From contig CAZNIK010000002.1 in NCBI GenBank assembly GCA_964573095.1, positions 7,230-71,229 on the forward strand: 64,000 nucleotides of DNA. Direction: 5' to 3'. Shown here in pieces: positions 1 to 11,240 of the stretch. The translations under genes and the position numbers were made by a program. The notes below the pieces were generated by a model, which was given only the letters and a program-made list of their open reading frames with translations, was not told where the DNA came from and did no database searches. The first letter of the stretch is position 1. Each line of letters begins with the position of its first letter. The stretch is from an uncultured Candidatus Saccharibacteria bacterium. Its GTDB lineage: Bacteria; Patescibacteriota; Saccharimonadia; Saccharimonadales; 2-12-FULL-41-12.

Positions 1-1987
1 GCTCGTCCCCATCGTCAAGATTGATTGCGATCAATCCAGAGCTTCTTACGTTCTGGTATTGTTCAAAAGGCGTCTTCTTGATAACACCGCGGACAGTGCA
101 CATGATAAGGTTGGTTGCGACATTTTGTTTACTGATGTTTATTACCGCACTCACCATTTCTTCCGGTTGCAGCTGTAACAGATTGACCAAAGCAATTCCC
201 TTGGCATTGAGTCCGACCGCTGGCACTTCATAGGTTTTAAGCCGGAAAACTCTCCCCTTGTTGGTGAAAAACAACAGAAAATCGTGCGTTGATGCGTTCA
301 CCACGTGCTCAATCACATCTTCTTCTCTAGTAGACATGCCGCGCTTACCTTTGCCGCCCCTATTCTGTTTTTTGTATTCAGCGATTGGGCTTCGCTTGAT
401 GTAATTTGCCGATGTAAGCGTTACAACTACTTGTTCGTCTGGCACCAGGTCTTCATCGCTCATCTTGCCCAACTCACCGGGGATTACCTGGGTTCGACGC
501 TCATCCCCAAATTGTTTTTTTACATCAAGGATCTCGTCTTTTACAATTTTGAGTATCTTTTTTTCATCAGCCAGAATCGCCTCAAGGCCAGCAATCGTTT
601 TGAGTAATTCAGCCAACTCATCCTCGATCTTCTTGCGCTCAAGGCCCGCAAGCGTCCGCAGCTGCATGGCAAGAATTGCTTTTGCTTGAATCTCGCTCAA
701 CTTAAATTTCTTGACAAGATTGGCTTGTGCGTCTTCGGTAGTTTCGCTCGCCCGAATAGTCGAAATCACTTCGTCAATGTGATCAAGCGCAATTTTCAAC
801 CCTTCCAGAATATGAGCCCGCTCTTTCGCCTTTCGAAGCTCATACTCTGTACGGCGACGAATAACGGTTTGACGATGTTTAATATGCTCTTGAATGATGT
901 CTTGGAGACCAAGAACACGAGGCTGGATGCCATCCACCAGGGCCAGCATGTTGTAGTGAAAGGTGGTTTGAAGTTGGGTGAGTTTATAAAGCTGGTTTAA
1001 TAGTTTTTTGGGATAGGCATCCTTCTTGAGATCGATAACAATCCGAACCTTACCTTTCGAACTTTCATCACGAAGATCACTGATGCCACTTATCTTTTTC
1101 TCTTTGTACAAATCAGCAATCTTTTCTATCAAAGAGGCTTTGTTTAAGCTGTAAGGAATCTCGGTTATTATGATTCGGTGTTTGCCTTGTTTCGTTTCTT
1201 CGATGTTTGCAACACCTCGAACTACCACCCCTCCGCGGCCGGTTACAAATGCACTGCGTATCGACTCTTTTCCGTAGATAATCCCACCTGTTGGAAAGTC
1301 TGGGCCCTTTACGTACTCCAGCAAGTCATCAATAGTGGCTTGAGGGTTGTCAATCTGGTGCACAGTCGCATTAACAATTTCGGTGAGATTATGGGGCGGT
1401 ATATTGGTTGCCATCCCAACCGCAATACCCATCTGACCGTTCAAGAGCAGATTTGGGAGCTTTGCCGGTAAAACTTCGGGTTCCTGTTCAGAACCATCAT
1501 AGTTATCCCGAAAAGGAACAGTTTCTTTGTCAATGTCATCAAGTAACGCCAACCCGGCTTTGGCCATGCGAGCTTCGGTATAACGTTGTGCGGCAGGCGG
1601 ATCCCCGTCCATAGACCCAAAGTTTCCTTGGCCATCCACCAGCAAATAGCGAGTTGAGAAAGGTTGCGCAAGCCGGACCATTGCATCATAAATGGCAACA
1701 TCGCCATGCGGGTGGTATTTACCCATTACATCACCGGTGATGCGAGCGCTCTTCACAAACTTTGATCCCGGCTTCCAGCTGTTTTTTTCCATGGAATAGA
1801 GAATTCTTCGATGGACTGGCTTGAGGCCATCACGAACATCTGGAAGTGCCCGAGCAACGATAACACTCATAGAATACTGGAGATAGCTCTGCTCCATCTC
1901 GTCCTCGACGGTGCGATCGACTACACGATGAGTAACATCACTGTTAGAAGTATTTTTGGAGGTTACTTTTTTCTGTTCTTCGTCCAT
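1..1987 (-). CDS. gyrA: DNA gyrase subunit A, N-terminal ~660 aa (gene continues beyond window start)
   Basis: Absent from ORF track because it runs off the edge. My translation of the minus strand from ATG 1987 gives MDEEQKK...[37 protein letters not shown] and later [18 protein letters not shown] (GyrA active-site region). The frame stays open to position 1. Start lies 1 nt after the gyrB stop. Confidence 0.93.
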   Translation of the reverse strand, partial: MDEEQKKVTSKNTSNSDVTHRVVDRTVEDEMEQSYLQYSMSVIVARALPDVRDGLKPVHRRILYSMEKNSWKPGSKFVKSARITGDVMGKYHPHGDVAIYDAMVRLAQPFSTRYLLVDGQGNFGSMDGDPPAAQRYTEARMAKAGLALLDDIDKETVPFRDNYDGSEQEPEVLPAKLPNLLLNGQMGIAVGMATNIPPHNLTEIVNATVHQIDNPQATIDDLLEYVKGPDFPTGGIIYGKESIRSAFVTGRGGVVVRGVANIEETKQGKHRIIITEIPYSLNKASLIEKIADLYKEKKISGISDLRDESSKGKVRIVIDLKKDAYPKKLLNQLYKLTQLQTTFHYNMLALVDGIQPRVLGLQDIIQEHIKHRQTVIRRRTEYELRKAKERAHILEGLKIALDHIDEVISTIRASETTEDAQANLVKKFKLSEIQAKAILAMQLRTLAGLERKKIEDELAELLKTIAGLEAILADEKKILKIVKDEILDVKKQFGDERRTQVIPGELGKMSDEDLVPDEQVVVTLTSANYIKRSPIAEYKKQNRGGKGKRGMSTREEDVIEHVVNASTHDFLLFFTNKGRVFRLKTYEVPAVGLNAKGIALVNLLQLQPEEMVSAVINISKQNVATNLIMCTVRGVIKKTPFEQYQNVRSSGLIAINLDDGDE

Positions 1988-1988
1988 A

Positions 1989-4013
<2,025 letters not shown>

Positions 4014-4082
4014 TTATGCACCATTATACGCCAATCACCCAACGACATCAATAATATTGCCCTTGTTTGAACACACAAGTTT

Positions 4083-5822
4083 ATGGTTCAATATGCTTAT
4101 CGTTTACATAATAAAAGAAACAAAAATATGTTCAAAAAGCTGATCGCAAGCCTACCATATAATCCAAGTACTATAGATCAGATTGCGTTCTATTCTAAGC
4201 GGCTCAAGCGAGAAAATTCTCTTCGCAAGCTTGGCCTTCTATTTGTGATATTGAGCATGTTAGTGCAAATTGTTGCGGTTAGTTTTCCTGCCGAAAAATC
4301 ACTTGCAGCCTCGAGCAACGATGTGATCTACGGCGGAGTAAGCAGTGTCAGCGACCTTAAACGAAAGTACGACTCCCACGCAGATGTTCGGGCGCTCTAC
4401 AATCGATTCGGGATTAACGGCAATGACATTACTAACGCCAGTGTTGAAAAAGTGAGTTTTGGCTTTAAAAGCCAAGGTGCAAAAGGCACTAGAACCGTAG
4501 GCCGGATTAATTTTGCGAGCACCAAAGATCAAAATCTCGGGTCATTTGCCGGTACCACCTTCTATAGCCGTAGTGCTGCCGAATGGAGTGGATCAACAAC
4601 CGCCTACTATTTTGGCAAGCAAAAAGGCACCGACGGAAATTATTATCAAGTTTGGGTGCTAAAAGATTGCGGCAATATTGGCTACAGAAAAGTTGATGCG
4701 CCACCAGAAAAACCAAAACCCAAACCCAAACCGGAACCAGCGCCAAAAGTAGTTACCAAACCAGTTGTATCTTGCAGTAGGCTGACGGCCAGCAAAACCA
4801 GCGGCACAAAGTTCGTCAATGTGCGCTTTACGGGTTCATATTCTGCAAACAAAGCCAACCTTGTAAATGGATATACCTTCGACTTTGGAGATGGAACCGT
4901 TACCAAGAGTGCGGGGCCAGTCATCGACCATAATTACACGAACACCACGCTTCAACCCAAAACCTACACTGCGAAATTAACCATCAACAGCACTTTAGGC
5001 GACAAGACTGCGACAACCTGCGCAACAACCATAACAGTGCTCCCCGAAGTCTGCTCTCTCAACAAAAACTTGGCACCCAATGATCCACGCTGCGCTGTAT
5101 GCCCCTATAACTCTAGCTTTAATATTGATGATCCACGCTGTAAGCCCACCCCCGTCTGCGCCAACGACCCCACCCTCAAACCAGAAGATCCAAAATGTAA
5201 GTGCATTGATAACCCAGACATAACCGCCAACGATCCAAATTGCACCACACCTGGAAAACTAAAGAAAGTGCAAAACATTACCCAAAACCTTAGCCCAGAA
5301 CAAACCCTTACAAGCACCGCAAAAGCTGGAGATGTTCTGGAGTATTCGCTGGTAACAACCAATACCAACATCGTCTCCAAAACGGGTGTGATTGTTGACG
5401 ACTACGTCGGAGACATCTTGGATTATGCAAATCTAGATGAAGCATTTCTGCAAAAACAGGGAGGTACCTTTGTGGCGGCTACCAAAACCGTCCGTTGGGA
5501 AAACCAAGCTATTCCCGCCAACGACCAGCTCGTAAAGTCATTTCGAGTTATTATGAAGAACCCTATTCCAAGCACAAACACTCCAAATGCTACGGCTACC
5601 GATTTTGATTGTAAGCTACAAAATGGCTATGGCAATGAACTCTCGATCAACGTCGAGTGCCCTGTGCTAAAAACTGTTGAGCAGCTTCCCAACACCGGAC
5701 CCGGCACAACTCTGGCAGTCGCGTTCACCATCACCGTTATTAGTAGCTACTTCTTCGCTCGCAGCTGGTTAATGGCAAAAGAACTCGGAATCATAAGGCG
5801 AGAGTATCAGAAAGGTACATAG
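4083..5822 (+). CDS. LPXTG-anchored surface protein with PKD-like module and Cys/Pro repeats
   Basis: 579 aa. N-terminal hydrophobic anchor, PKPKPKPEP linker, PKD-like FDFGDGT...HNYT, six DP[RKN]C repeats. C-terminal LPNTG plus hydrophobic helix plus RREYQK tail forms a sortase sorting signal. Start uncertain (ATG 4083 or 4128, neither has an SD). Confidence 0.8.
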   Translation: MVQYAYRLHNKRNKNMFKKLIASLPYNPSTIDQIAFYSKRLKRENSLRKLGLLFVILSMLVQIVAVSFPAEKSLAASSNDVIYGGVSSVSDLKRKYDSHADVRALYNRFGINGNDITNASVEKVSFGFKSQGAKGTRTVGRINFASTKDQNLGSFAGTTFYSRSAAEWSGSTTAYYFGKQKGTDGNYYQVWVLKDCGNIGYRKVDAPPEKPKPKPKPEPAPKVVTKPVVSCSRLTASKTSGTKFVNVRFTGSYSANKANLVNGYTFDFGDGTVTKSAGPVIDHNYTNTTLQPKTYTAKLTINSTLGDKTATTCATTITVLPEVCSLNKNLAPNDPRCAVCPYNSSFNIDDPRCKPTPVCANDPTLKPEDPKCKCIDNPDITANDPNCTTPGKLKKVQNITQNLSPEQTLTSTAKAGDVLEYSLVTTNTNIVSKTGVIVDDYVGDILDYANLDEAFLQKQGGTFVAATKTVRWENQAIPANDQLVKSFRVIMKNPIPSTNTPNATATDFDCKLQNGYGNELSINVECPVLKTVEQLPNTGPGTTLAVAFTITVISSYFFARSWLMAKELGIIRREYQKGT

Positions 5823-5831
5823 GAAAACATC

Positions 5832-6404
5832 ATGAGCGAACAACTCCGAGCCAGTCACGAAAGTCACGAAAAAATTGATGATGCCTTCTTTGAAGCTCAG
5901 CGTAAAGCCGCAGAACATGAACGTGCTGGCAAAACACCGGAAGCCTCAAATTCAGAGAAGTCAATCGAGTCTATCCTCAGTACCATCGAAAAAACCGCGA
6001 AAACGACCGAGGAACTCTCCAAGCACCAAGACACTGCCGAGAATAGACCTTCGCATACACAACTAAAAACAGGTCATCATTTGCGCCAACACGGGTACAC
6101 GCAAACAATGAAGCGGGTGCAAAAACAGCTGCCGCCTGCACAAAAAACGTTTAGCAAAATCATCCACAACCCAGCGGTTGACGCGGTGAGTACCGTAGCC
6201 GGGGAAACGGTTGCTCGTCCCTCTGGCTTGCTGAGTGGCGCACTATTTTCCATCATCGCCAATCTATTGATAATTGGCATATGTAGATACTACGGCTACG
6301 AGTACAACTATCTTATTGGGCTTTTGGGCTTTGTAGGGGGCTTTGTAGTCGGTTTGTTTGTTGAGCTGGTCTACAGAGCCACTACAAAAAATCGTTCGCG
6401 TTAG
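5832..6404 (+). CDS. hypothetical membrane protein
   Basis: 190 aa with a charged N-terminal half and two C-terminal hydrophobic helices. AGGAAA SD, 10 nt after the upstream stop. No family recognised. Confidence 0.6.
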   Translation: MSEQLRASHESHEKIDDAFFEAQRKAAEHERAGKTPEASNSEKSIESILSTIEKTAKTTEELSKHQDTAENRPSHTQLKTGHHLRQHGYTQTMKRVQKQLPPAQKTFSKIIHNPAVDAVSTVAGETVARPSGLLSGALFSIIANLLIIGICRYYGYEYNYLIGLLGFVGGFVVGLFVELVYRATTKNRSR

Positions 6405-6429
6405 CACGACTGTATGGGGCTCATCTTTG

Positions 6430-9279
6430 TTACTTTACCGGTCCCAAATTTCCCTCTCGGTCAATAAAAATCGTATCCTCTTGATTATTATTGTGGTGGG
6501 CGTTGTGGGGCTTGTTAATCTTCAGCTCGCCTTGCGGATGAGTTGAAGTAGTTTTTTTGGAATCGGTCGGCGATTGTTTGGGTGGCCGTTGGTTCACGGT
6601 CCTTGTCGGAGGTGAAGAGATTGTCGTTGGCCTTGGGCGCATTTCTCTTGGGCCAGTATCTTTTTGGGCACCTGGTGGTGGTAAGCTGGTTGATTTTTTT
6701 CTCTTATCAAGCCATTGGTCCAAAAAGGATGACCCACTAGTTCTTGGTGATGGTGAAGCTGATGGTGCCGGAGAATTGCCATAGGGATTGACGCTTAAGC
6801 CTCTCCGAACTTCGTCCGTAATTGCCGGTTCCTCGGTTTTCATTCTCGCAAATATCTCTTTTTCGACCACCGGGCGAGGTCGAGCATACTTTGCCGCCGA
6901 TAGTTGCTTGAGTGCATCACGAAGCTCGGGGTTCGGCGTGCCAAGAGGTGGTGTTCCCGCCATACTAAACGGCTGAGTCGGCACCCCCCCGATCAGTGTG
7001 CGTACGACAGCATTCCAGTTTGGAATTCTCAGTAAATCATCGCCGTCAAACATGGGCTGAAAATATCGAGTTAGTGCCTCAAGATCATTCTGGCCAATTC
7101 GGAACGAAACGATAGTACCCATATTACCAAAGACCGCATCACGGATTTCTTCAGTCAGTTGGGTTGTAAATTGATTGGCCACCACTAGGTTTAGGTGATA
7201 CTTTCGAGCCTCGGACATAATGGTTGCAAAGGAATCAGTTGAAAAGTTCTGGAACTCGTCAACGTACAAACAAAAATCTACCCTGTCTTTCTCTGGAATA
7301 TTTGCGCGACTCATGGCCGCAGCTTGAAACTTCATCACAAAGATCATTCCTAGAAGTTTGGAGTTTAGCTCACCCGTTCGACCTTTACTGAGATTTACCA
7401 GAAGTATTTTCTTGTTGTCCATTACGTCTCGCAGGTCAAACGAGCTCTTGGTTTGCCCAATGATATTTCGCATCATGCCATTTGACAGAAACGCTCCAAA
7501 CTTACTCACAAACCAACTCACCACATCGCCAAACTCGTTGGAGCGCTGCGACTGAACCATTTCTTTTTGCCAAAAATCTAATACATTCTGATCAGTAACA
7601 TACTGCAGTTTTTGCTTCACATAATCTTTATCTCGAAACAGTTTTGGGATATCTATAAAACTACCACCATCTGGACCGGCCATAACAGTTAAGGCCGCAT
7701 TTCGAAACAAGTGCTCATACCGCGGGCCAATAATTCCTTGTCGCTGGGGATCGTACAACTTATAAAGCACATTGATGACTTCTTGGATGACAAAATCTTT
7801 TTGGTCATCCGTTTCTGCCTCAAAAATATTAAGACCCAAAGGATAATCAGTGTCCGCGGGACAAAAGTAGATTACATCTTCGGTCCTTTCTTTTGGAACC
7901 ATCGACAACAGCTTCTCTGCGGTGTCTCCATGAGGGTCGATGAATGCAAACCCGTTGCCCATCATCATGTCTTGAAGTGCTAAATTTTCAAGGAAGGTCG
8001 ACTTTCCCGTACCAGTTTGTCCAACAGCGTACACGTGTCTCTGGCGGTCCTCCAAAGCTAATCGAATTGGCTTCTTGATACCGCGGAACAGATTGTAGCC
8101 CAGCAACAATCCATGATCCGGCACATTTCTCGGTCCATCAACCTGCTTCGAATCTTGTCTGGTAAGCTGCGAGGTTGGTATGTCGTCCTGTTGCGGAAAA
8201 TGAAACAGTGTTGCAAGCTCTACGGAGTTAAGGATGTTGGTGTCATGATGTTGTGGGAAAAACCTCATGATGTAGGCGGTGGCGAAACTCTCCATATCTT
8301 GGGCTGGTGAGTATTTAAAGCCATTCTTCCCAGGTGCGTCGAATAGCGCGAAGCTAGCCACCACGTTACTCAAGACAGATTGAGATCTTTGCGCAACGTT
8401 CGATGATGCAATGACTCGAATTGTTGTTTCAAATCCAGGGGATCTGGTTTTCGCATCTATAGCATCTAACACCGACTGTTCTGAGGAAGACAGTTCCTTT
8501 GAAGAAGACCCCGATTCTGACGACTTATCCTCTGGCGGTTTTGCAAGGGCAATAAATACTTGTCGGACCCACCAAAACGCCAACGACACACCCTGTTTGT
8601 TGCTTTCACCCTTACGCTTTTTGCTCGCGAGACCAGATGCTTCTTTTGACCAGTTTGACTTCGCGGGACGCATAAGTATCTGTATGCCAACCCCGTCTTC
8701 TTTGTCCAGACTAGACAGTGCATTAAGGATTGACTGCATCGGATCGCGCTTTAGGTCTTGGTAGGTTGCAATCGGGTATGCAAAGTGTTCTTTCAGTGTA
8801 AGTTCGCCGCCCAGCGTCGCGCTAATTCTTCCAACTTTATTAAAAATATTGTGATCAGCAACCTCTTCAAGGCGAGCGGAGGGATAAGCGCTGACGATCG
8901 CCTGCTTGATGATATCTACCAGAGGCACTGGCACCGCAGCGTACAAATTTACAATTCCGTTGGTACCGACAATCTCAAAGCTCACGTGTCGTTGTCCATA
9001 GATACTGTGCTTAAAGCTCTTCTCGATAGTGCTCGCGACGATGTTGTAGACTATTTCTGCTTTCGAGATGTTTTCGTCAGTCACATCGCGAATATCACGG
9101 GTACCTACCTCTGTATCCTCGCTCGGCGGAGGAAGATGTATGAGCAACGTCACCATCTTGAGTCCCCGTTCGTAGTTTTTTTGTTCCCTCAACACCCTTC
9201 TTGACTGGAAAAAAATGATAGGCGCCGCAATAAGCACCAACAAGCTGAGACCCACTAACATCGCAATAACTGCAGCCAC
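6430..9279 (-). CDS. membrane-anchored VirD4/TraD-like (FtsK/HerA superfamily) coupling-type ATPase
   Basis: 949 aa, GTG start with AAGGGG SD. One N-terminal TM helix, Walker A GQTGTGKST, Walker B-like LYVDEFQNF, LVVANQFTTQL, and a ~170-aa P/S/T-rich C-terminal tail. Confidence 0.75.
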   Translation of the reverse strand: MAAVIAMLVGLSLLVLIAAPIIFFQSRRVLREQKNYERGLKMVTLLIHLPPPSEDTEVGTRDIRDVTDENISKAEIVYNIVASTIEKSFKHSIYGQRHVSFEIVGTNGIVNLYAAVPVPLVDIIKQAIVSAYPSARLEEVADHNIFNKVGRISATLGGELTLKEHFAYPIATYQDLKRDPMQSILNALSSLDKEDGVGIQILMRPAKSNWSKEASGLASKKRKGESNKQGVSLAFWWVRQVFIALAKPPEDKSSESGSSSKELSSSEQSVLDAIDAKTRSPGFETTIRVIASSNVAQRSQSVLSNVVASFALFDAPGKNGFKYSPAQDMESFATAYIMRFFPQHHDTNILNSVELATLFHFPQQDDIPTSQLTRQDSKQVDGPRNVPDHGLLLGYNLFRGIKKPIRLALEDRQRHVYAVGQTGTGKSTFLENLALQDMMMGNGFAFIDPHGDTAEKLLSMVPKERTEDVIYFCPADTDYPLGLNIFEAETDDQKDFVIQEVINVLYKLYDPQRQGIIGPRYEHLFRNAALTVMAGPDGGSFIDIPKLFRDKDYVKQKLQYVTDQNVLDFWQKEMVQSQRSNEFGDVVSWFVSKFGAFLSNGMMRNIIGQTKSSFDLRDVMDNKKILLVNLSKGRTGELNSKLLGMIFVMKFQAAAMSRANIPEKDRVDFCLYVDEFQNFSTDSFATIMSEARKYHLNLVVANQFTTQLTEEIRDAVFGNMGTIVSFRIGQNDLEALTRYFQPMFDGDDLLRIPNWNAVVRTLIGGVPTQPFSMAGTPPLGTPNPELRDALKQLSAAKYARPRPVVEKEIFARMKTEEPAITDEVRRGLSVNPYGNSPAPSASPSPRTSGSSFLDQWLDKRKKSTSLPPPGAQKDTGPREMRPRPTTISSPPTRTVNQRPPKQSPTDSKKTTSTHPQGELKINKPHNAHHNNNQEDTIFIDREGNLGPVK

Positions 9280-9295
9280 GTCTCGTACCTACCCC

Positions 9296-9628
9296 TTACG
9301 TATCAGAAACTTTAATATCTTTGTTATATCGCTTTTTCATGTAGTCGGCCTTCATTTTCGACAGCTCGTTTTGCTGGACGTATGGATCGTCACTTGTATG
9401 CTCAACAATTCGTTTTGCCTTCTCAACCCACTCCTTCTCTATAAGGTCTGTATCTTGAGCCTCCTGCGGAAGTGCCACAATCATCTCCTTTATCTTTGGA
9501 TCAATCGGTTGTGCCGACTGAGCCTGTTCCTGTTGCACATGCTTGTCCACACCACTATCAGCGCTGTCGGCCGACACTTCTGAGGTCGTGCCGCTGTCGT
9601 TTTGTTGGTTTGATTGATTTGTATCCAT
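9296..9628 (-). CDS. hypothetical acidic Q/E-rich protein
   Basis: 110 aa with no TM helix. Ends 16 nt upstream of the ATPase gene, so same operon. No family recognised. Confidence 0.55.
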   Translation of the reverse strand: MDTNQSNQQNDSGTTSEVSADSADSGVDKHVQQEQAQSAQPIDPKIKEMIVALPQEAQDTDLIEKEWVEKAKRIVEHTSDDPYVQQNELSKMKADYMKKRYNKDIKVSDT

Positions 9629-9671
9629 TAAGTAGTTCTCTCTCTTAAGCTTAGTATATCAGAAAGAGACT

Positions 9672-10007
9672 TTAGTATTTTGTAATATAAAACAACACAA
9701 TCGCTGAAATAATACCTAGCAAAATCACATCGCCAAGCGTCGCACCACCTGCCGACTGCACAATTACCCAAAACACGACGATTAACCCGCCAAATATGGC
9801 AATCATGTGTTGTTTTTGTGCCTTGTCAGAAAACATTCTCATTACCCTCATGAATAGCAGTGATGAGAAATAGCCACACAAGAAGAGGAGGACAATTGGT
9901 AACACCAAAAACCCAACAGCGATGCTCTCGGGGTTTGTGCTAAAAAATAGCCCCGTTAGCAGACTGAGGCTTAGAAGTAATAGCAGTACTATGGTTCGAA
10001 TTCTCAT
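9672..10007 (-). CDS. hypothetical small membrane protein (3 TM)
   Basis: 111 aa with three hydrophobic helices. SD GAAGGAG. First gene of the three-gene operon. Lacks CrcB-type motifs. Confidence 0.6.
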   Translation of the reverse strand: MRIRTIVLLLLLSLSLLTGLFFSTNPESIAVGFLVLPIVLLFLCGYFSSLLFMRVMRMFSDKAQKQHMIAIFGGLIVVFWVIVQSAGGATLGDVILLGIISAIVLFYITKY

Positions 10008-10051
10008 TGGTTATTTCTCCTTCAATATACGCCAGAACTGTGCCTGGTGCC

Positions 10052-10098
10052 AAAAAAATACTCATCTCTTATCTAGGAGTCATAAGAGATGAGTATTT
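10052..10098 (-). terminator. intrinsic terminator / attenuator hairpin in the leader of the 10007->6430 operon
   Basis: Perfect 17-bp stem AAATACTCATCTCTTAT / ATAAGAGATGAGTATTT (10056-10098) with a 9-nt loop. Followed on the minus strand by T7 (10058-10052). Sits 44 nt upstream of the ATG. Confidence 0.6.
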
Positions 10099-10255
10099 CG
10101 GTTACGAAACTGGTGCTCAAGGACGATAAAACCGCTCTTTATAAAACTATATAGCGCTTATCGTCCAGTGAGCTTTGACTGACCGCTCGAAGATGCTTTA
10201 GGCGTCTAACGAGCGACATTTTTTACATGTTTTTTGTTTTTCATGTAATGGTTTC

Positions 10256-10284
10256 ATGCTAGCAAACGATGGGTATTTTGTCAA
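10256..10284 (-). promoter_or_regulatory. sigma70-type promoter for the structured leader
   Basis: Minus strand reads TTGACA (10284-10279), a 17-nt spacer, then TAGCAT (10261-10256). The 12-bp palindrome AGCATATATGCT abuts the -35. Confidence 0.45.
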
Positions 10285-11052
10285 GCATATATGCTGTATT
10301 TAGCACATTATTACAGTAGTAATTTTTATTATTCTTTTGTTGTTACAATAACATTTTATTCTTGAACACTATTCTTTTTTGATCACAATAGCCCCGCTCT
10401 GTCTAGCATTTCATATTCTAGCTGCTTCGTCGTGGCACACGTTGCGAAACGCCCGACCTCGCGCCCCGCCGCGTATCGTTACCCAAAATGCAGTCTACTT
10501 AAGACTAGACATCGCGCCATGGCAACACAGTCGCGCGTGGGCGATTCTTAAACTATTTTGAAATCAGAAAACTTTTTTGTTTTGTCAACAACTCGCAATC
10601 CTCCGTGGCAGCCAAACGTTATGAGGAAATCATCAGCCCGCTTTAGGACGACACAAACAACCACTATAAACAAACCAGGAAGTCATGCAGGACCTTTAGC
10701 TTAGCCCTATCCATATCCCAAGCTTTGTGGCAAACCGCAAAACCTTGTTAGTAAGCTCTGTGTTCCATGGCAAAAATCTGTTTGTCGTGGCCTGGACGAA
10801 AAAAACACATGTTCCGCGAAAAAGCAGCCAGCAATAATGGCAACGGTGCGTGAATAAGCTCGTCAAAGACTACCACCAACGCCACGTGATTAGGTTGCCG
10901 CAAAGCCACCGAATGCAACGCCTGCCGTGACACGGCACGCGGGTCACAAAAAACCACTAATAGCAAAGTCAGAGCCTCCATATTCACGGCAGCAGTGCTG
11001 CAAAAGACCGCACAAAGTTATGCACAGGTCGTATATTTTAAGCAAAAACGTA

Positions 11053-11081
11053 TTGACACCCAAAACAGTAGTTTATAAGAT
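11053..11081 (+). promoter_or_regulatory. candidate promoter upstream of comM leader / small RNA
   Basis: TTGACA at 11053-11058, then TAAGAT with a 17-nt spacer (or TATAAG with a 15-nt spacer). Confidence 0.4.
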
Positions 11082-11211
11082 AGGCTTAGCACTTGAATAA
11101 AAAAAGTGCTCAAAAACAAAAACGTCTCTGTTAACAACGGCTTCTCGCAAGCCGTTGTTCCATGAAAATCAACACCCCAAAAGGAAAAACGAAAACCCAA
11201 AACAACCAAAA

Positions 11212-11240
11212 GGGTCCCGAAAAAATCGGGACCCGTTTTA
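11212..11240 (+). terminator. GC-rich hairpin with short T-run, 50 nt upstream of comM
   Basis: GGGTCCCGA-aaaaa-TCGGGACCC followed by GTTTTA. The A/T context on both sides would also allow minus-strand function. Confidence 0.45.

Noticed and set aside
9672-10250. Fluoride riboswitch plus CrcB
   Set aside because: A leader with a terminator ahead of a small multi-TM protein suggested crcB. However, the protein lacks the CrcB GG..G..R and TTFST motifs, and the leader lacks the crcB-motif pseudoknot consensus as far as I can recall it.
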